Assembly: GCF_001194135.2 (NCBI RefSeq) | Contig: NC_068998.1 | Span: 33,819,824-33,883,823 of the forward strand | Length of the DNA: 64,000 nucleotides | Source: Octopus bimaculoides | Lineage: Eukaryota | Direction of reading: 5' to 3' | Part shown: piece by piece, positions 40,314 to 52,967 of the stretch | How the letters are laid out: each line of letters starts with the position of its first letter | Position numbering within the stretch: the first letter of the stretch is position 1 | Translations under genes and position numbers: made by a program | Notes under the pieces: model-generated | The model's database searches: none | What the model saw: only the letters and a program-made list of their open reading frames with translations | What the model was told of the DNA's origin: nothing

Positions 40314-40829
40314 CCATATGTTATTGCTACTATCAACTGGGTTTTTGCATTTAATTTTGCCAAATACTAACTAATTAAGTTAGTTAATATCTTGTAAGTG
40401 ATTGTTTATTAGTGTTTAGATTTCATTCTCACTACCCAGTTTTTTCAAGTTATATGGTAAAATAATAATGATTAGCAACCTTTAAAATATAGTTTTTGGA
40501 TTAATGGCTTCTGTTGTAAATACTTTCACCTAAAGAAAGTTAAATGAATGAGCTCAGAATTATTTCTCAGCCTATTTTAGCAACTATGTTAAAAACAGCA
40601 GCCAAATTACCCTAACTCTCTGGTGATTGACTCCATCAATCTCATCAGTCAAACTTCAAAGTTGTTGTCATCCTTTCCTTATAAAAAAAGACTTAATACT
40701 GTACTTAAATGTAATACTGTATTCTTTCAATTAAAGATTCATTGTTTTTATATATGATTTTAGAAAAAGTATTCACACATACATGCATACATATCCATAC
40801 ATACATAATTATATGCATACATACATGGT

Positions 40830-42250
40830 ATACAGTTGTGAAAAGAGGGAAACTGTAAACTAGACTAGCAACATCTCCATCAATGACTTAACTGTTTCCC
40901 CTATATCTGATGAGGAATGTTACAGGTATCTAGGGGTGGATGAAAATGTATTTTAAAATGACACCCGTAACAAAATACGTGTCACTAAAGAATATTACAG
41001 CTGAATAAAGAAAATTTGAACCTTGGAATTCCCTGCTTTCAGTAAAACAGTGGCCCACGTGTTTGCCATGCCAGTACCCATACCAGCATTTGGGCTGCTT
41101 GATTGGATGCCTGATGAGATCTGAGCCTTTGTTGTGAAAACCCAGAAGATACTAACCAGACCACATAATTTCCACATCTACAGTGATGTCGACCACCTCT
41201 ACCTAAAGCGCAAATAAGGTAGCAGAGGCTTAACATCGATCCAATTTGCCTTTGAATGTCGTATCATATTCCTTTGGAAACATCTTTTGACCATGAAGTG
41301 TCAAAGTGCATCCCTTGACTAAGTTTGCATACTTGAGGCTGATAACATCATAAAAATTGGAAGGCATCTCCTTGAGTAGCATTCATTATCTGATAACCTT
41401 AAATACATGCCCAAAGAAGTTGCACGACTCTATTGTGACATATCATCAGATGAAAGGCTGAGTGTATATGAGCAAAAGACTATGCATGGATATATTAGTA
41501 GAATGCACCAAGGTGAAAGTAACATTCATCATCAAAGCAGTCTATCATGGACCAATAGACGGATTACTACCTCCCACTTTGAAGGGTATGTGTTTGCAAT
41601 CTAGGAGCAGGAGATATCAACAAAATACCTGATGTACAAAGGAGACAGAGATGCAGGCAAAGCAGTAAAATGTGACAACCAATGCAGACTTTGTAAAGTT
41701 AACACTGAGGGTATCTCCCACATCATAAGCACTTTTCCGAAATTGTCATCATGGTATTATCTGTCTATGAGACATGATGTTCTGGCTAGGATACTGTATT
41801 ACAATGAAATCTGTTGGAAGGATAACCCTGAGGAAAAAGAAACAAGAACCCACAGTATGGTAGAAGTCATAGCCACTCATAGTAAAAAAGAATACTGATG
41901 GAATGTCCCAGTGAAGACTTCAGATCTGATAAAATAATTTGGGATAGAGAAGAGAAACTGTGTACAGTTATGGAAATTAGTTGTCCAGCGGATGTTAACA
42001 TAAAGCTGAAGATCAGCGAAAAAGAGAATACCTACATTGAACTATTGAAAAATTTGCAGTCACTCTCTCTAGATTATAAGCTCAAGTTTATACCTGTAAT
42101 TAATGGGGCACAAGGATATGTAACACACCACATAAATACCAATCTCGAGATATTAGGCTTATCAAAACCAGAAAGGAGAAAGTTGATTCGAAGACTACTG
42201 ATCTAATCCATCACTGGAACTGTAAAAATCTGTAAAGCTTTCTAGAAGTT
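40830..42250 (+). mobile_element. R4/Dong-like (RLE-type) non-LTR retrotransposon, 3' part, many stops
   Basis: YRYLGVDEN..KEYY, CRLCKVNTEGISHIIS..YLSMRHDVLA (zinc knuckle plus RHD), IIWDREEKLCTVMEISCPADVNI..KENTY (RLE). Confidence 0.85.
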
Positions 42251-42595
42251 TATCATTTAAGTATATATGAGCATGTATAGATATGCAAATATATGCATGA
42301 GAAGACACACATAAAGCAAAACATACAAACCTACACACATACATACATACAAAAATACCCTGTTGATGTTTAAATTCTAATGAAGGAGCCTTGGATCTAG
42401 GTTAGAAACTGGCTCTTTCTCTACTTGAAGGAAATCTTGAAATAAAACTGAATAATGACATACATTCACACATACATACATACATGTATTCATACTTGTA
42501 TACATACATACATACAGGTAAAAATAAGGGTGCATAGCATTACTTATATTTAATGTGAGTGTGTTTGTGTGTGTGTGTGTTGTGTTTTTATAAGC

Positions 42596-43085
42596 ATTAT
42601 TGACCACACATACTCAATGTATGTGCTTTGCTTGTTTTCTGGTATGTTGTGGTATAGTACTGTAGGAATGACTCTCTCAGATAGCTGGGTGTTAAAACAT
42701 CTGAAAATCATAGAGAGGCATAACAACTCACTCCTAATCACATTCAGGAGTGATGGATGCCACTATTTTACCATTTTTGTGGTTTATCAACATCACATAT
42801 CTGAATGAATCTGGAGACAAATGGAATCACCAGTCTATGACTATATGCAAATAGTGTAAAAACATTTTTCTGGTATGCCACAATGAGGCATTTGCAAGAT
42901 TGAATTCAATTATGAAATAAAAGTAGCACTAGTGCTGTAAACATTGCTGACTGCACATACTCAATGCATGTATTTTGCTGGTTTGCTGTGGTATAAGCAT
43001 GATGGGGATGACTCTCACACAGAGCTTGGTGTTAAAACACCTGACGGTCATAGAGAGTGAGACAAGTCATCCCTAATCCCACTAT
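42596..43085. repeat. Diverged local direct duplication (about 42596-42755 and 42942-43085)
   Basis: cacatactcaatg..gtggtata..atgactctc..gtgttaaaaca..catagagag..ctaatc occurs twice. Confidence 0.75.
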
Positions 43086-43121
43086 TTGTATATAGTCAAA
43101 CATAGCCATTTCTTTCTCTCC

Positions 43122-43165
<44 letters not shown>

Positions 43166-43323
43166 AATATATGAGTATATGCATATATATGTACATGTAT
43201 GTATATACGTTCATCTACATGTACATATAGATACATAACTGGGTACATGACGTGGCAAAAGTACAAGGACAAAATGGTAAACAAGGTGCAACAAACAAGC
43301 AGGCCACATAGAAACATCCCCTT

Positions 43324-43358
<35 letters not shown>

Positions 43359-44606
43359 GAGACCAAAGTGTACATACGCCACTATATATATAAATATAAA
43401 ATAGAACAAGAACGCAAAACATCCAGACAGGTGATACAAGAAAGAGACAACAAAACATCTAGATAGACGATACAAAGAAAACAAGGACGGGTCATTTGGA
43501 GCTTTCTTTCCTCATTCAAGTTCCAGATTATCTTTGCAATTTCGGCTGGTTATATATATATATATATATATAACATAAATAATATATAAATATATGCATA
43601 TATCCATACATATATGTACATACCTACATCTATATGTATACATACATGCATATATGGGTACAGGACATTGCAAAAAACGTTAAACACAATGAGAAACGAA
43701 AACAAAGATGAAGACAGAAAACGAACTTTTTTCGAACAACGAAAAAAACAAATAGAGAAACGAGACATGCAGCATAAAGAATATTTCCCCTCTTCAATTG
43801 TCCCTGTTCCATCTACTCTTCGTTTCTAAGGCAAGGACAATATGCGACTTCGTTGGAGCAGTTCTTCTCGCAAAAAGCAAATTAATTAAATTTGGAATTT
43901 TTTGCGGAGGGTGAAAGTGTAAACAAGAACAGGACAGTGAGAACAAGACAGTAAAAACAAGACAAGACAGTGAAAACAAGACAAGACAGTGAAAACAAAC
44001 GGTAAGGACTGTTAGGCCAAGACAATAGAAAAATTATTATTTTGAACACGAAGTTAGATGTGAATGAGAGACAAAAATAAAAAAAAAATTCATGTCTTCT
44101 CTATAGGAAGGCAGGAAGTAGAAAGAAAGAATCCCTTTCATCACGTGTCAGCGATGAGAGGGTCAAGGAGGAGGAGTGAGAGAGAGGGAATGGTGAAAGG
44201 AAGAGAAGAATAGGGGAGGGTTGGGAGAGAAAAGCAGAAAGGATGAAGAACAAGAGAGGGTGAGAGACGGACAGGGAAGTGATAGTAATAGTAGTAGAGT
44301 GCGCAGTAGAAATATTAATATATATATCAATCTGTAAATCTCACTTAACATAGATATACTATAGAAAGCCACAAAACTACAGTGTTCATCTCCCAGATAG
44401 ATGTATAGTGCTAAATAGCACAGAAGTGTATCAGTAGCAGATAAGAACATTCAGCTATTCAGCAGTAGTTGTGGAATTGCTAAATCATGATATCTGTGTC
44501 TTCACACATCATCGGTAGAAGGTGTCCACTATCAACCACATGTGTAGACAAATTTAGTCTCTAGTGATAGAGAAAAACAGTAATTAACAAATTTTAGCCA
44601 ACCCAC

Positions 44607-44660
44607 CTGCAATTTGCAGCACTATTGCTTTGTCAACTAATAAAGAACTACAGCTCTCAC
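44607..44660 (-). CDS. Candidate coding exon G (ESCSSLLVDKAIVLQIA)
   Basis: Acceptor gtgcattcctacag, donor CAG/gtgggt, 54 bp; only the phase-1 frame is open; phase 1 to 1. Confidence 0.6.
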
Positions 44661-44712
44661 CTGTAGGAATGCACCTTATTTAGTTATATAATTTATTTAC
44701 CAATGAGACACA

Positions 44713-45606
44713 CAAGGTGGTTTCAAAAAGTTTCCGTTCTAGTTATGTTTAATAAAAAATAACTTATTTACCTAAATTTTAACATCATCTGCTTCGAAGT
44801 AGTTACTTTGTGCAGCAATACACTGGTTCCAGTATACTTGTCACTTTTAGAATCTGGTCTGGAAGTCATTTTCTGTAAGCGAGTCGAGAACCTTCTGCAA
44901 TTTGCTCTGGATCTCGTCGATGGTGTTAAAATGGTGACCTTTGAACTGCATTTTCATCTTGAGGAATAGATGGAAACCCACAAGTGCTAAATCTGGTGAA
45001 TAGGGTGGTGTGAAGTGATACCATGTTTTTGATGAGAAACTCACAAGTGAGGAGAGCTTGGTGAAGAATCTAATTCTTCATGCTCCACTGATCCAGTCGT
45101 TTTTGCTGAATGTCATCCCTCAAATGTTTCAAAACACCAGAATAGATCTCTTGATTGATTGTCTGGCCTTGGGGGATGAATTCTCAATGCATAATAACAT
45201 ATTTCTGGGTTGAAGTGTATGTCAAATCTTCCAGATCACTCGTTGTCTTCTAGAGACATTCTTCCACTTTTGAAGCACCAGTGTCACTGAAAAGATTGCG
45301 TATGACTCATTATCTCTTCACGGTAAGCTTGTTGAATCATGTTCAATGTCTCTGTAGCAAATTTGCCAAATTTAACACAAAATTTCAAGTTGACTCTTTG
45401 TTCCTGACCATGACAGAATCGCAGACTACAGCATACACGTGATCACTAAAAATACAAATTTCACAACTTGCCAAGTAAACAGAGTGATGTCATTTGGCAC
45501 ACTGCCTCATGAAGATCACTGCTACCTCTCACTGCACACACAACCGTGTGCTGCCATCTGTTGGTGTGCTACAGAACTAGTGAGGGAACTTTTTGATACC
45601 ACCTTG
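44713..45606 (-). mobile_element. Internally deleted mariner with paired TIRs
   Basis: caaggtggtttcaaaaagtttcc and ggaactttttgataccaccttg, TA at the right end; PPYSPDLA motif in ORF 44847..45044. Confidence 0.85.
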
Positions 45607-45729
45607 TATGCTTTATTAATTACAAATCTAATTATCTCTCAGCCTACCGTTTATCTAACTTGTATATCTATTGTACCTCACCTTAGACAAAAAGAAACTC
45701 ACCATTTTTAGTTGCTATATCTGTATCCT

Positions 45730-45935
45730 TTATCTTTTAATTGTTTCAGTCATTAAACTGTGGCCATGCTGAAGCACTGCCATGAGGAAATTTAGTCAAA
45801 CAAATTGACCCCAGTAATTTTTTTATAGCCTGGTACTTATTTTATCAAATATATTTTGCCAGACTGCTAAGTTATGGGGACATAAACACACCAACACCAG
45901 TTGTAAAGTAGTGGTGGGGCATACACACAGACACA
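45730..45935 (-). mobile_element. SINE body (10970 family)
   Basis: tgtttcagtcatt..ggccatgctg..ctaagttatggggacataaacacacca. Confidence 0.75.
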
Positions 45936-46074
45936 AAGACACATACACACACATATGTGTACATATATGTGTGTGTATATATATATATATATATAAATAA
46001 AAAATAATAATAATAAGGCAGAATGATAAACTGAAAGCATATTTTAATATAGATGTGCATAAGGAGGATTAAAA

Positions 46075-46799
46075 AGGATTTCAAATCGGCTTTCATTGCA
46101 TGGCAAATTTTCAAGATGAGGGGAAATGAAAATAATGTTTTTTACAAAAATATAAAAAATATATTAAAAAAAATAAATATACCAATACATTATATTGTCT
46201 TTGAGTTTTTAAAGTTCAATGGTAATCCATGTAAATAATTGTTAGATAGATTAGGATGCATGGAATTACGAATCTTGTTGTGTTTAAAAAAGGCTGAGAG
46301 TTTATGTGTTAAACAGGAAGTGTGGTGTCAAAACAGGAAGTGTGTGTAAGGGAAGACAATTCTGTGGGTTTTATACTCATTAGTTGGAGTTCTGGACTCT
46401 TTGTCAACAGGAAGTTTATGTCTGTTCTTAGAGAAACAAGAAGTAAATTTATATGCATTTCAATGGGTAGGCGAGAGAAGGGAATATGGTCACCGAGGAG
46501 TTTGTATGTTAAGAAGCATTTGGAATTTCTCGATAAAAAGATTCTCCTTGTTGATTCTTTCTTGTGTAGAGATTCTGTCTTTACATTGATAGAAAGGGAA
46601 TATAAGGAATTAGGGTAAACCCTAATCTATCTAACAATTATCTATATGGATTACCATTGAACTTTAAAAACTCAAAGACAACATAATGTATTGGTATGTT
46701 TATTTTTTTATATATTTTTTATATTTTTGTAAAAAACATTATTTTCATTTCCCCTCTTCTTGAAAATTTGCCATGCAATGAAAGTCGATTAGAAATCCT
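46075..46799. repeat. Fold-back or MITE-like element, arms about 180 bp around a 365-bp core
   Basis: 46075-46255 is the inverse of 46621-46799; the right end abuts an N gap. Confidence 0.9.
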
Positions 46800-46887
46800 N
46801 NNNNNNNNNNNNNNNNNNNNNNNNNNNNNNNNNNNNNNNNNNNNNNNNNNNNNNNNNNNNNNNNNNNNNNNNNTATATATATATATA

Positions 46888-47030
46888 TGACAGGCTCATT
46901 TTAGTTTCCATCTACCAAATCCACACATTGGCCCAAGGCTGTAGTAGAAGACACTTGCCCCAAGTACTACACAGGGGAACTGAACCCAGAACCAAGTGGT
47001 TTAGAAAACAAACTTCTAGCCACAGTGTTA
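46888..47030 (-). mobile_element. SINE head (10970 family)
   Basis: ctaccaaatccac..gtagaagacacttgccc..actgaacccagaacc. Confidence 0.75.
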
Positions 47031-48335
47031 TGCAAGCATAATTAATATATCATATCTTCCACCAATTTCAAATCCAAATTCATACACATCATGGAAATAT
47101 CACACACATACATTATTTTAATCTCCTTTATACACCTTGAGCTTAAACTTTTCCCTTTAGCTTTTATACTTCACAAAAATTCTTATTAAATTTTTGTCCA
47201 TTACATTGCAATACCTTATGAAATCTAAAGTGTGTGCCGATTTACATCAATGTATGCATGTGACTGATTGACTGGGTGCATATCTGAGCAGGTACAGGTA
47301 TAACTGAGTGGTTGAGCAGTTTTTTGTTTTTTTTACCACATCACCACAGTTCAATCTTACTCTGTATCTTCTTGGACAAATATTTTTTACTACAAACCAA
47401 AACCAATGCAAAATTTGTGGGTGAAATTAGTGTAACAGAGACTGTGTGAAAGTCTATCAGTTGACTCAAAATAGCCAGCTTTGTCACACACTGTCATACA
47501 AATTCTGCCACCAGAAGAGTTAAGAGAACATACAGCTATGAAATATTTATCAAGTTGTATAACAATGCAATGAATAACATGTTTGGTTGACTGAACATCT
47601 GGAATACTCATTACCAACAGGGAATTCATTTACTTTTTTACATCATATGAATGAGTAAAATCATCTTTGTTAAATTAAAATTCCCTTCTATTGATTTTAC
47701 TGTTTATTAGAGGAAATTGTCCAGTTATTGTAAAATAACCAGAAAATTCCCTTTTGCTTTATCTGCTGCCAAAATGTAAACATTCTCTAGTTGTTATTTT
47801 TGTTATATTTCATCCATACTAAACTTGTCATCCATTTTTATAGTATTTCAAGAGCAATAAAAACAATGAAATCTTTTGAGATATTTAAAAAAAATATTCT
47901 AAAAAAGTATTGTTGATCAAGAGTTATCCTAAACTCTGTCAACTTCCTTAGATATTAGCATCGGGTGCCTTTTTTTTTTTTTTCATGTTTCTGAACTGTC
48001 TTTTTATTCTGCTAACTGTGATCATTTTTCAAACTGAAGAAAGCAACTTTAGTATACCCCTGCAATTTAATACCCCAACATATATATATAAAGCTAAATA
48101 TGCACTACAATCTGGTATATCTATACACAAATATATTAACATATCCTTTTCACACATGTGCAGTGGGTTCCCTAATCCTGGTCTACTGTGTTTTAGGTAT
48201 ACCACTGAAAATTCTGTCAGCCTGGCAACTCCCATCCCATTGTAAACTACATCAACAGGAGTTAAACTCAATACAATAAATTATAGAACCCTGTTTACAG
48301 AATAGCTGTTACTACATAGAATGTTTCTTACTAAC

Positions 48336-48388
48336 CTGCAGTATCAATTCTTTTCAAAGTGGAATGGTCAATTTGGGCCATAAGTCTC
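48336..48388 (-). CDS. Candidate coding exon F (RLMAQIDHSTLKRIDTA-G)
   Basis: Acceptor aaatctttgttcag, donor CAG/gttagt, 53 bp; only the phase-2 frame is open; phase 2 to 1. Confidence 0.65.
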
Positions 48389-48499
48389 CTGAACAAAGAT
48401 TTGATACAGCGTTTGTGATGAAAAATGAACAACTGACGACCATCTGGTTTTGATTAGTTATCTATCCATTCACTCAGCTGTACCTTTTACCAACACCAT

Positions 48500-48790
48500 G
48501 CCCTTAAGTGACCTTAACATATATCTATGTCTGCTATCACATAAGGTAAGAATAGAGCTCCATCTTGACTCTTAAGGCCAGTCTCCCAGTTTCTGTGATG
48601 TATAAATTCCCCCCTTACATGGGATGCTGGTCCGTCACAGGATTACTCATTTTTGCCAGCTGAGTGGACTGGAACAACATGAAACATGAAATGAAGTGTT
48701 TTGCTCAAGTACACAAAGCTTCATCCTATCCAGGAATCAAAACCACAATCTTACAATCATGAGTCCAACATCTGAAGCACTAAGCCTTGC
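48500..48790 (-). mobile_element. Degraded SINE of a third family
   Basis: cagctgagtggactgga..tgaagtgttttgctcaag..ggaatcaaaaccac, a typical antisense tRNA-SINE layout. Confidence 0.5.
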
Positions 48791-49505
48791 ATTGTACATT
48801 TTAAAATATTTCGAGCAGTTTATCTTTTTACAACATACTTTAGACACATCAAAAACTTTTCTTTTTGTCTTGTTCTTTTATTCCCCACATCTTCTTCATC
48901 CTATTTCTTCCTCCCCTTCTCTTCCAAATCATCATCATCATCATCATTTTCCATGATAGATCCATTATCAGTTAAAGTCAAATCATACATTGGTAATTTC
49001 TTGTGACACACAAACCTTTTTCATCCTTGCTTTTTTTCATCCTTGCTTTTTTTCATCCTTTGTCTTAAATTAGACATTGTACATCTAATGTACCATGCAA
49101 TGATAATGAGAAGTATTTCACAAATGGAAATTTTTATAGTTTTATATTTTTATTTTCAAATTTTTATTAATGCATTGCTACATATGTTTCAGCATGACAT
49201 GTATTTTTATGGGGCTACCTAACCATATCCATAGGATATTCTTAAATATCATTTATAATACTCATGAACCCTAGGGGAGTCCATTAAATTGACATACATA
49301 TTTCCTCAGGCAATTTTGCATTAATGTACCATATAGATCATATTTCTGCAGCTTATGCTGCATACATGTATAATAATATTGGTGATGGTGACAGTATATA
49401 GTATATATTATCACCACCAAAAATATTGGTGTATATATTATATAGCATTGATGACAGCTAGACGATGAGGGCCAGTGGTATATGTAGTTATGTATGCATG
49501 CATGC

Positions 49506-49537
<32 letters not shown>

Positions 49538-49619
49538 CTATGTGCATATATATGTGTACACATATAATATGTATATGTATATATACACACGTGTATGTAT
49601 GTATGTGTATGTATATATA

Positions 49620-49870
49620 GTGCCCCTGGACTGGCTCTTGTGAGGGTGGCACATAAAAGACACCATTTCGAGCGTGGCCGTTTTCGTGTGGGTGACACGT
49701 AAAAGCACCCACTACACTCTCTGAGTGGTTGGCGTTAGGAAGGGCATCCAGCTGTAGAAACTCTGCCAAATTAGATTGGAGCCTGGTGTAGCCATCCGGT
49801 TGCACCAGTCCTCAGTCAAATCGTCCAACCCATGCTAGCATGGAAAGCGGACGTTAAACGATGATGATGA
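49620..49870 (+). mobile_element. RTE-tail element
   Basis: gtggttggcgttaggaagggcatccagctgtagaaa..ggacgttaaacgatgatgatga. Confidence 0.85.
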
Positions 49871-50552
49871 TATATATATATAGATATATACACATATACA
49901 TACATACACATATACATATATATATGCGTGCACACACATATAACTAAATGCTTATATTTATTTATTTATTTATGTGTTTCAGCCTGAACTTGATATACAT
50001 GTATTTTAGAGTAAAGTGTCAATGAGTTACAGGCTATGGAAAAGTGTGTCACCAGATTTTTTGTTTCTTATATATATTTACATCATTTGCCAATATATTT
50101 GGTCAAAAGTAAGTGTACATATGCATAAATGCACATATATTTATATACATATGCATACACACACACATATAAATGTGTATGTAGTACTCAAATGATTTGA
50201 ACTTTCACTCCAAAATCTTTACCGAGGACTATTTAGTCCTCAATAAAGATTTTTACCAACATATATCAGCAATGTATATTGTTGAGAAACTAAGCAACTC
50301 ATGAAATGCACTTGTCATTCCCAAAAATGCAGCAAATTAGTTATGAGGCAGATGCAAACTTGTAATCAGTGATGTTCTTTTCATAAATTTGGATATAAAA
50401 TTAAAATGAAAATGTAACATTGATATTACTTTGGAGTAAATGATATTGCCACCATCCGCCTTTAATTTGTTTTACATTGAGATGGAGTGACAGAAATCAC
50501 AGACTGCTCAGAGTTTTGAATTATTGTTCTGTATCTAAAGTTCATATACTGG

Positions 50553-50765
50553 TTTTAAATTTTGGCACAAAGCCAACAATTTCAGAGGAGAGGCTAAGTT
50601 GATTACATCACCCCCAGTGCTCAACTGGTACTTATTTACTGACCCTAAAAGGACGAAAGGCAAAGTTGGCCTCAGCAGAATTTGAACTCAGAATGTAAAG
50701 ATGGGTGAAATGCTGCTAAGCATTTTGCCCATCATGTTAATGATACTGCCAGCTCGCTGCCTTAA
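50553..50765 (-). mobile_element. SINE (17888 family)
   Basis: ggtacttatttactgaccctaaaaggacgaaaggc..tttgaactcagaatg. Confidence 0.8.
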
Positions 50766-50799
50766 ATTTGAAGTTCATTCATTGGCAAGTGGAAAACTA

Positions 50800-52350
50800 T
50801 AAGTATCTCTGGGCTGTTTCATTCTCCAGAATTCGGCCCTCAGAAGATGAGAGTTTGGCAAAGAAGCTAAATTTTCTATCTTCAATTCAATTTTCATGCC
50901 TGTCCTCACCTATGGTCATGAACGTTGGATAATCTTTGTAAGAGTATGATTGTGAATACAAGTGGCTCAAATGTGGTTCCTCAAAGAAGTCTCTGGAATA
51001 ACATTCCTCAACAGGATGCTTAGCTTGGAGATCAAGAAGTCTCTCCAGGTCAAGCTAACATTCTCCGCATTGAGAGGTCACAACCTCAGTTCTAGGAACA
51101 TGTTACAGGAAAGAATTGCAAGATGTATTCTTCAAACTGTGCAGGAAACCAAGGGGTAAACCAAAAATGAGATGGTTGGACAATGCCCGTATTCTTCGTT
51201 GGTCATGCCTGGGAATCTTATCAGAAAGTCTTAACCCTTTCGTTACTATATTTCTGACCAAAATACACCCCTCATGAGTTTCAATTAAATTCTGAAATAA
51301 TCATGAATTTAGACTAGTCTCATTAAACACCTGTAACTTTTTTATTTATCAACATATTAATGTGATATTTGGAACATAATTAAAGAAAGGGTTCTTAATC
51401 AATTCTATTGCATAATTGTCTGAAAGTTCTCCACGTACTGGGGTGGGGGTACTGCAAGTGTCTCTCACGTGTAAATATTGGTTCAGCTTCACAAATCGTA
51501 CTCGTTCATAATACTGGAAATATATTCATCGCCAAAAGGTTCCTGATCGCTCCAGTAATTTGTTATTCTGGGTAACTGTCCAATACCCATAATAATATTT
51601 ATGGCAAAAAATGCCCGTATTTCATCTACAGTTGTAGGAAACCACAAGCTATCTTTTTTCTCCGGTTTGTTTACATTCTGCGTAAAGGTTTGTTTCCGCA
51701 GTAATCATTTCAAACAAGCATGAAAAAGAAGTCTAAAGGTTTCGTTTCCTGAGAAAGACTATGGGTAGACCCTGTTTCCTCAGAAAAATTGTTAATAAAA
51801 ACGTTTTTTAAAGTTTTTACTCCATTCTGGTGTAAAATCAACCTCACTGTTGCTGTCGCTGCTTTCGGAATCGCTGCTTTCAGTTTCTTATACAGAAATA
51901 TCTGATTTATTATCGTTCACCACGTGCTTTTGTAGCTCATTCATTCTTTTCTTCAATATCTCCATATCTTCTGTTGAAAAACCTTCAAATTCGGAATCAC
52001 TGCTTGATAGCATGAAACTCCTCTCCATTTTCAAAGTTGAAAAAAATTAATGCCGCAAAAAATGTGGAAAAAAAATCTTCCAAAATTCACTGAGTTCAAA
52101 TATCACACCAAACAATCTCGGAGACAATAACTCAACTGTTTGCAAAGTGAAATCAGGTGTTTTAACGAATGTACTAACGAAATTTGGGTTCAAATATACA
52201 TTTAAATAACAATGGGTACGCTCGGCCGGGTTAGAAACGGAAGGGTTAAAGATAATTGTTTTTGATAGGACCTTATGGTAGAGGTGCCTAAGGACGCTAC
52301 CTCCATGATCCTCTCAGAAATAGTGGGTAGAGAAGATGGATGGATATTAG
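50800..52350 (+). mobile_element. RTE-clade LINE 3' fragment interrupted by the piggyBac
   Basis: LTYGHERW-like and GKPKMRWLD motifs at 50900-51185; coding-like sequence resumes after the right TTAA. Confidence 0.7.
51235..52245 (-). mobile_element. Internally deleted piggyBac element
   Basis: TTAA at 51231-34 and 52246-49; ends CCCTTTCG and CGGAAGGG; internal translation PTTVDEIRAFFAINIIMGIGQLPRITNYWSDQ..LNQYLHVRD. Confidence 0.9.
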
Positions 52351-52391
52351 CAAGGTCATCTTTGTCATTCATCCCTCAGATTTATTATTAT

Positions 52392-52595
52392 TGTGTGTGT
52401 CTGTGTTTGTCCTCCCAACATCGTTTGACAACCAATGCTGGTGTGTTTACATGCCCGTAACTTAGTGGTTTGGCAAAAGAGACCGATAGAATAAGTACTA
52501 GGCTTACAAAGAATAAGTCCTGGGGTCGATTTGCTCGACTAAAGGCGGTGCTCCAGCATGGCCACAGTCAAATGACTGAAACAAGTAAAAGAGTA
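52392..52595 (+). mobile_element. SINE body (10970 family), well conserved
   Basis: gaccgatagaataagtactaggcttacaaagaataagtcctggggtcgatttgctcgactaaaggcggtgctccagcatggcc. Confidence 0.85.
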
Positions 52596-52681
52596 AAGGA
52601 GACCCATGTCAACTCTAATCTCACAGACTCAAGATCAAATACCTTCTAGCCATAACTTCCCTATCTTGTTTTCAACAATAG

Positions 52682-52832
52682 GGCACAAGTGTGGCTGTGT
52701 GGTAAGAAGCTTGTTTCCTAACCACATGGTTCTGGGTTCAGTCCCACTGCATGGCATCTTGGACAAGTGTCTTTTACTATGGTCAAAGCCTTGTGAGTGG
52801 ATTTGGTAGATGGAAACTGAAAGAAGCTTGTC
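52682..52832 (+). mobile_element. SINE head (10970 family)
   Basis: gtggctgtgtggtaagaagc..gggttcagtcccactg..gtagatggaaactgaaagaagc. Confidence 0.85.
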
Positions 52833-52868
<36 letters not shown>

Positions 52869-52967
52869 AGTTGGAATTTACCAAAAAAAAACAAAAAACA
52901 AAAGATGAAGACAGGTGTGTAAACAACAAACAGATGTTTTAGTTTAACACTTGGGAAGTGAGAAAGT

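Larger units (their letters stand above)
6084..46873. other. Seven assembly gaps: 6084-6416, 7614-8422, 11440-11459, 21756-22028, 31550-31617, 36421-37215, 46800-46873
   Basis: Runs of N, most flanked by (TA)n; they could hide exons. Confidence 0.98.

Noticed and set aside
42375-42420. ctaatga..gaaac cassette as a possible hammerhead (also inverted at 14505-14575)
   Set aside because: The core is mismatched and stems I-III cannot be formed consistently
52682-52760. tRNA-like A and B boxes (also at 11290-11365 and 36250)
   Set aside because: SINE heads with no cloverleaf or acceptor stem
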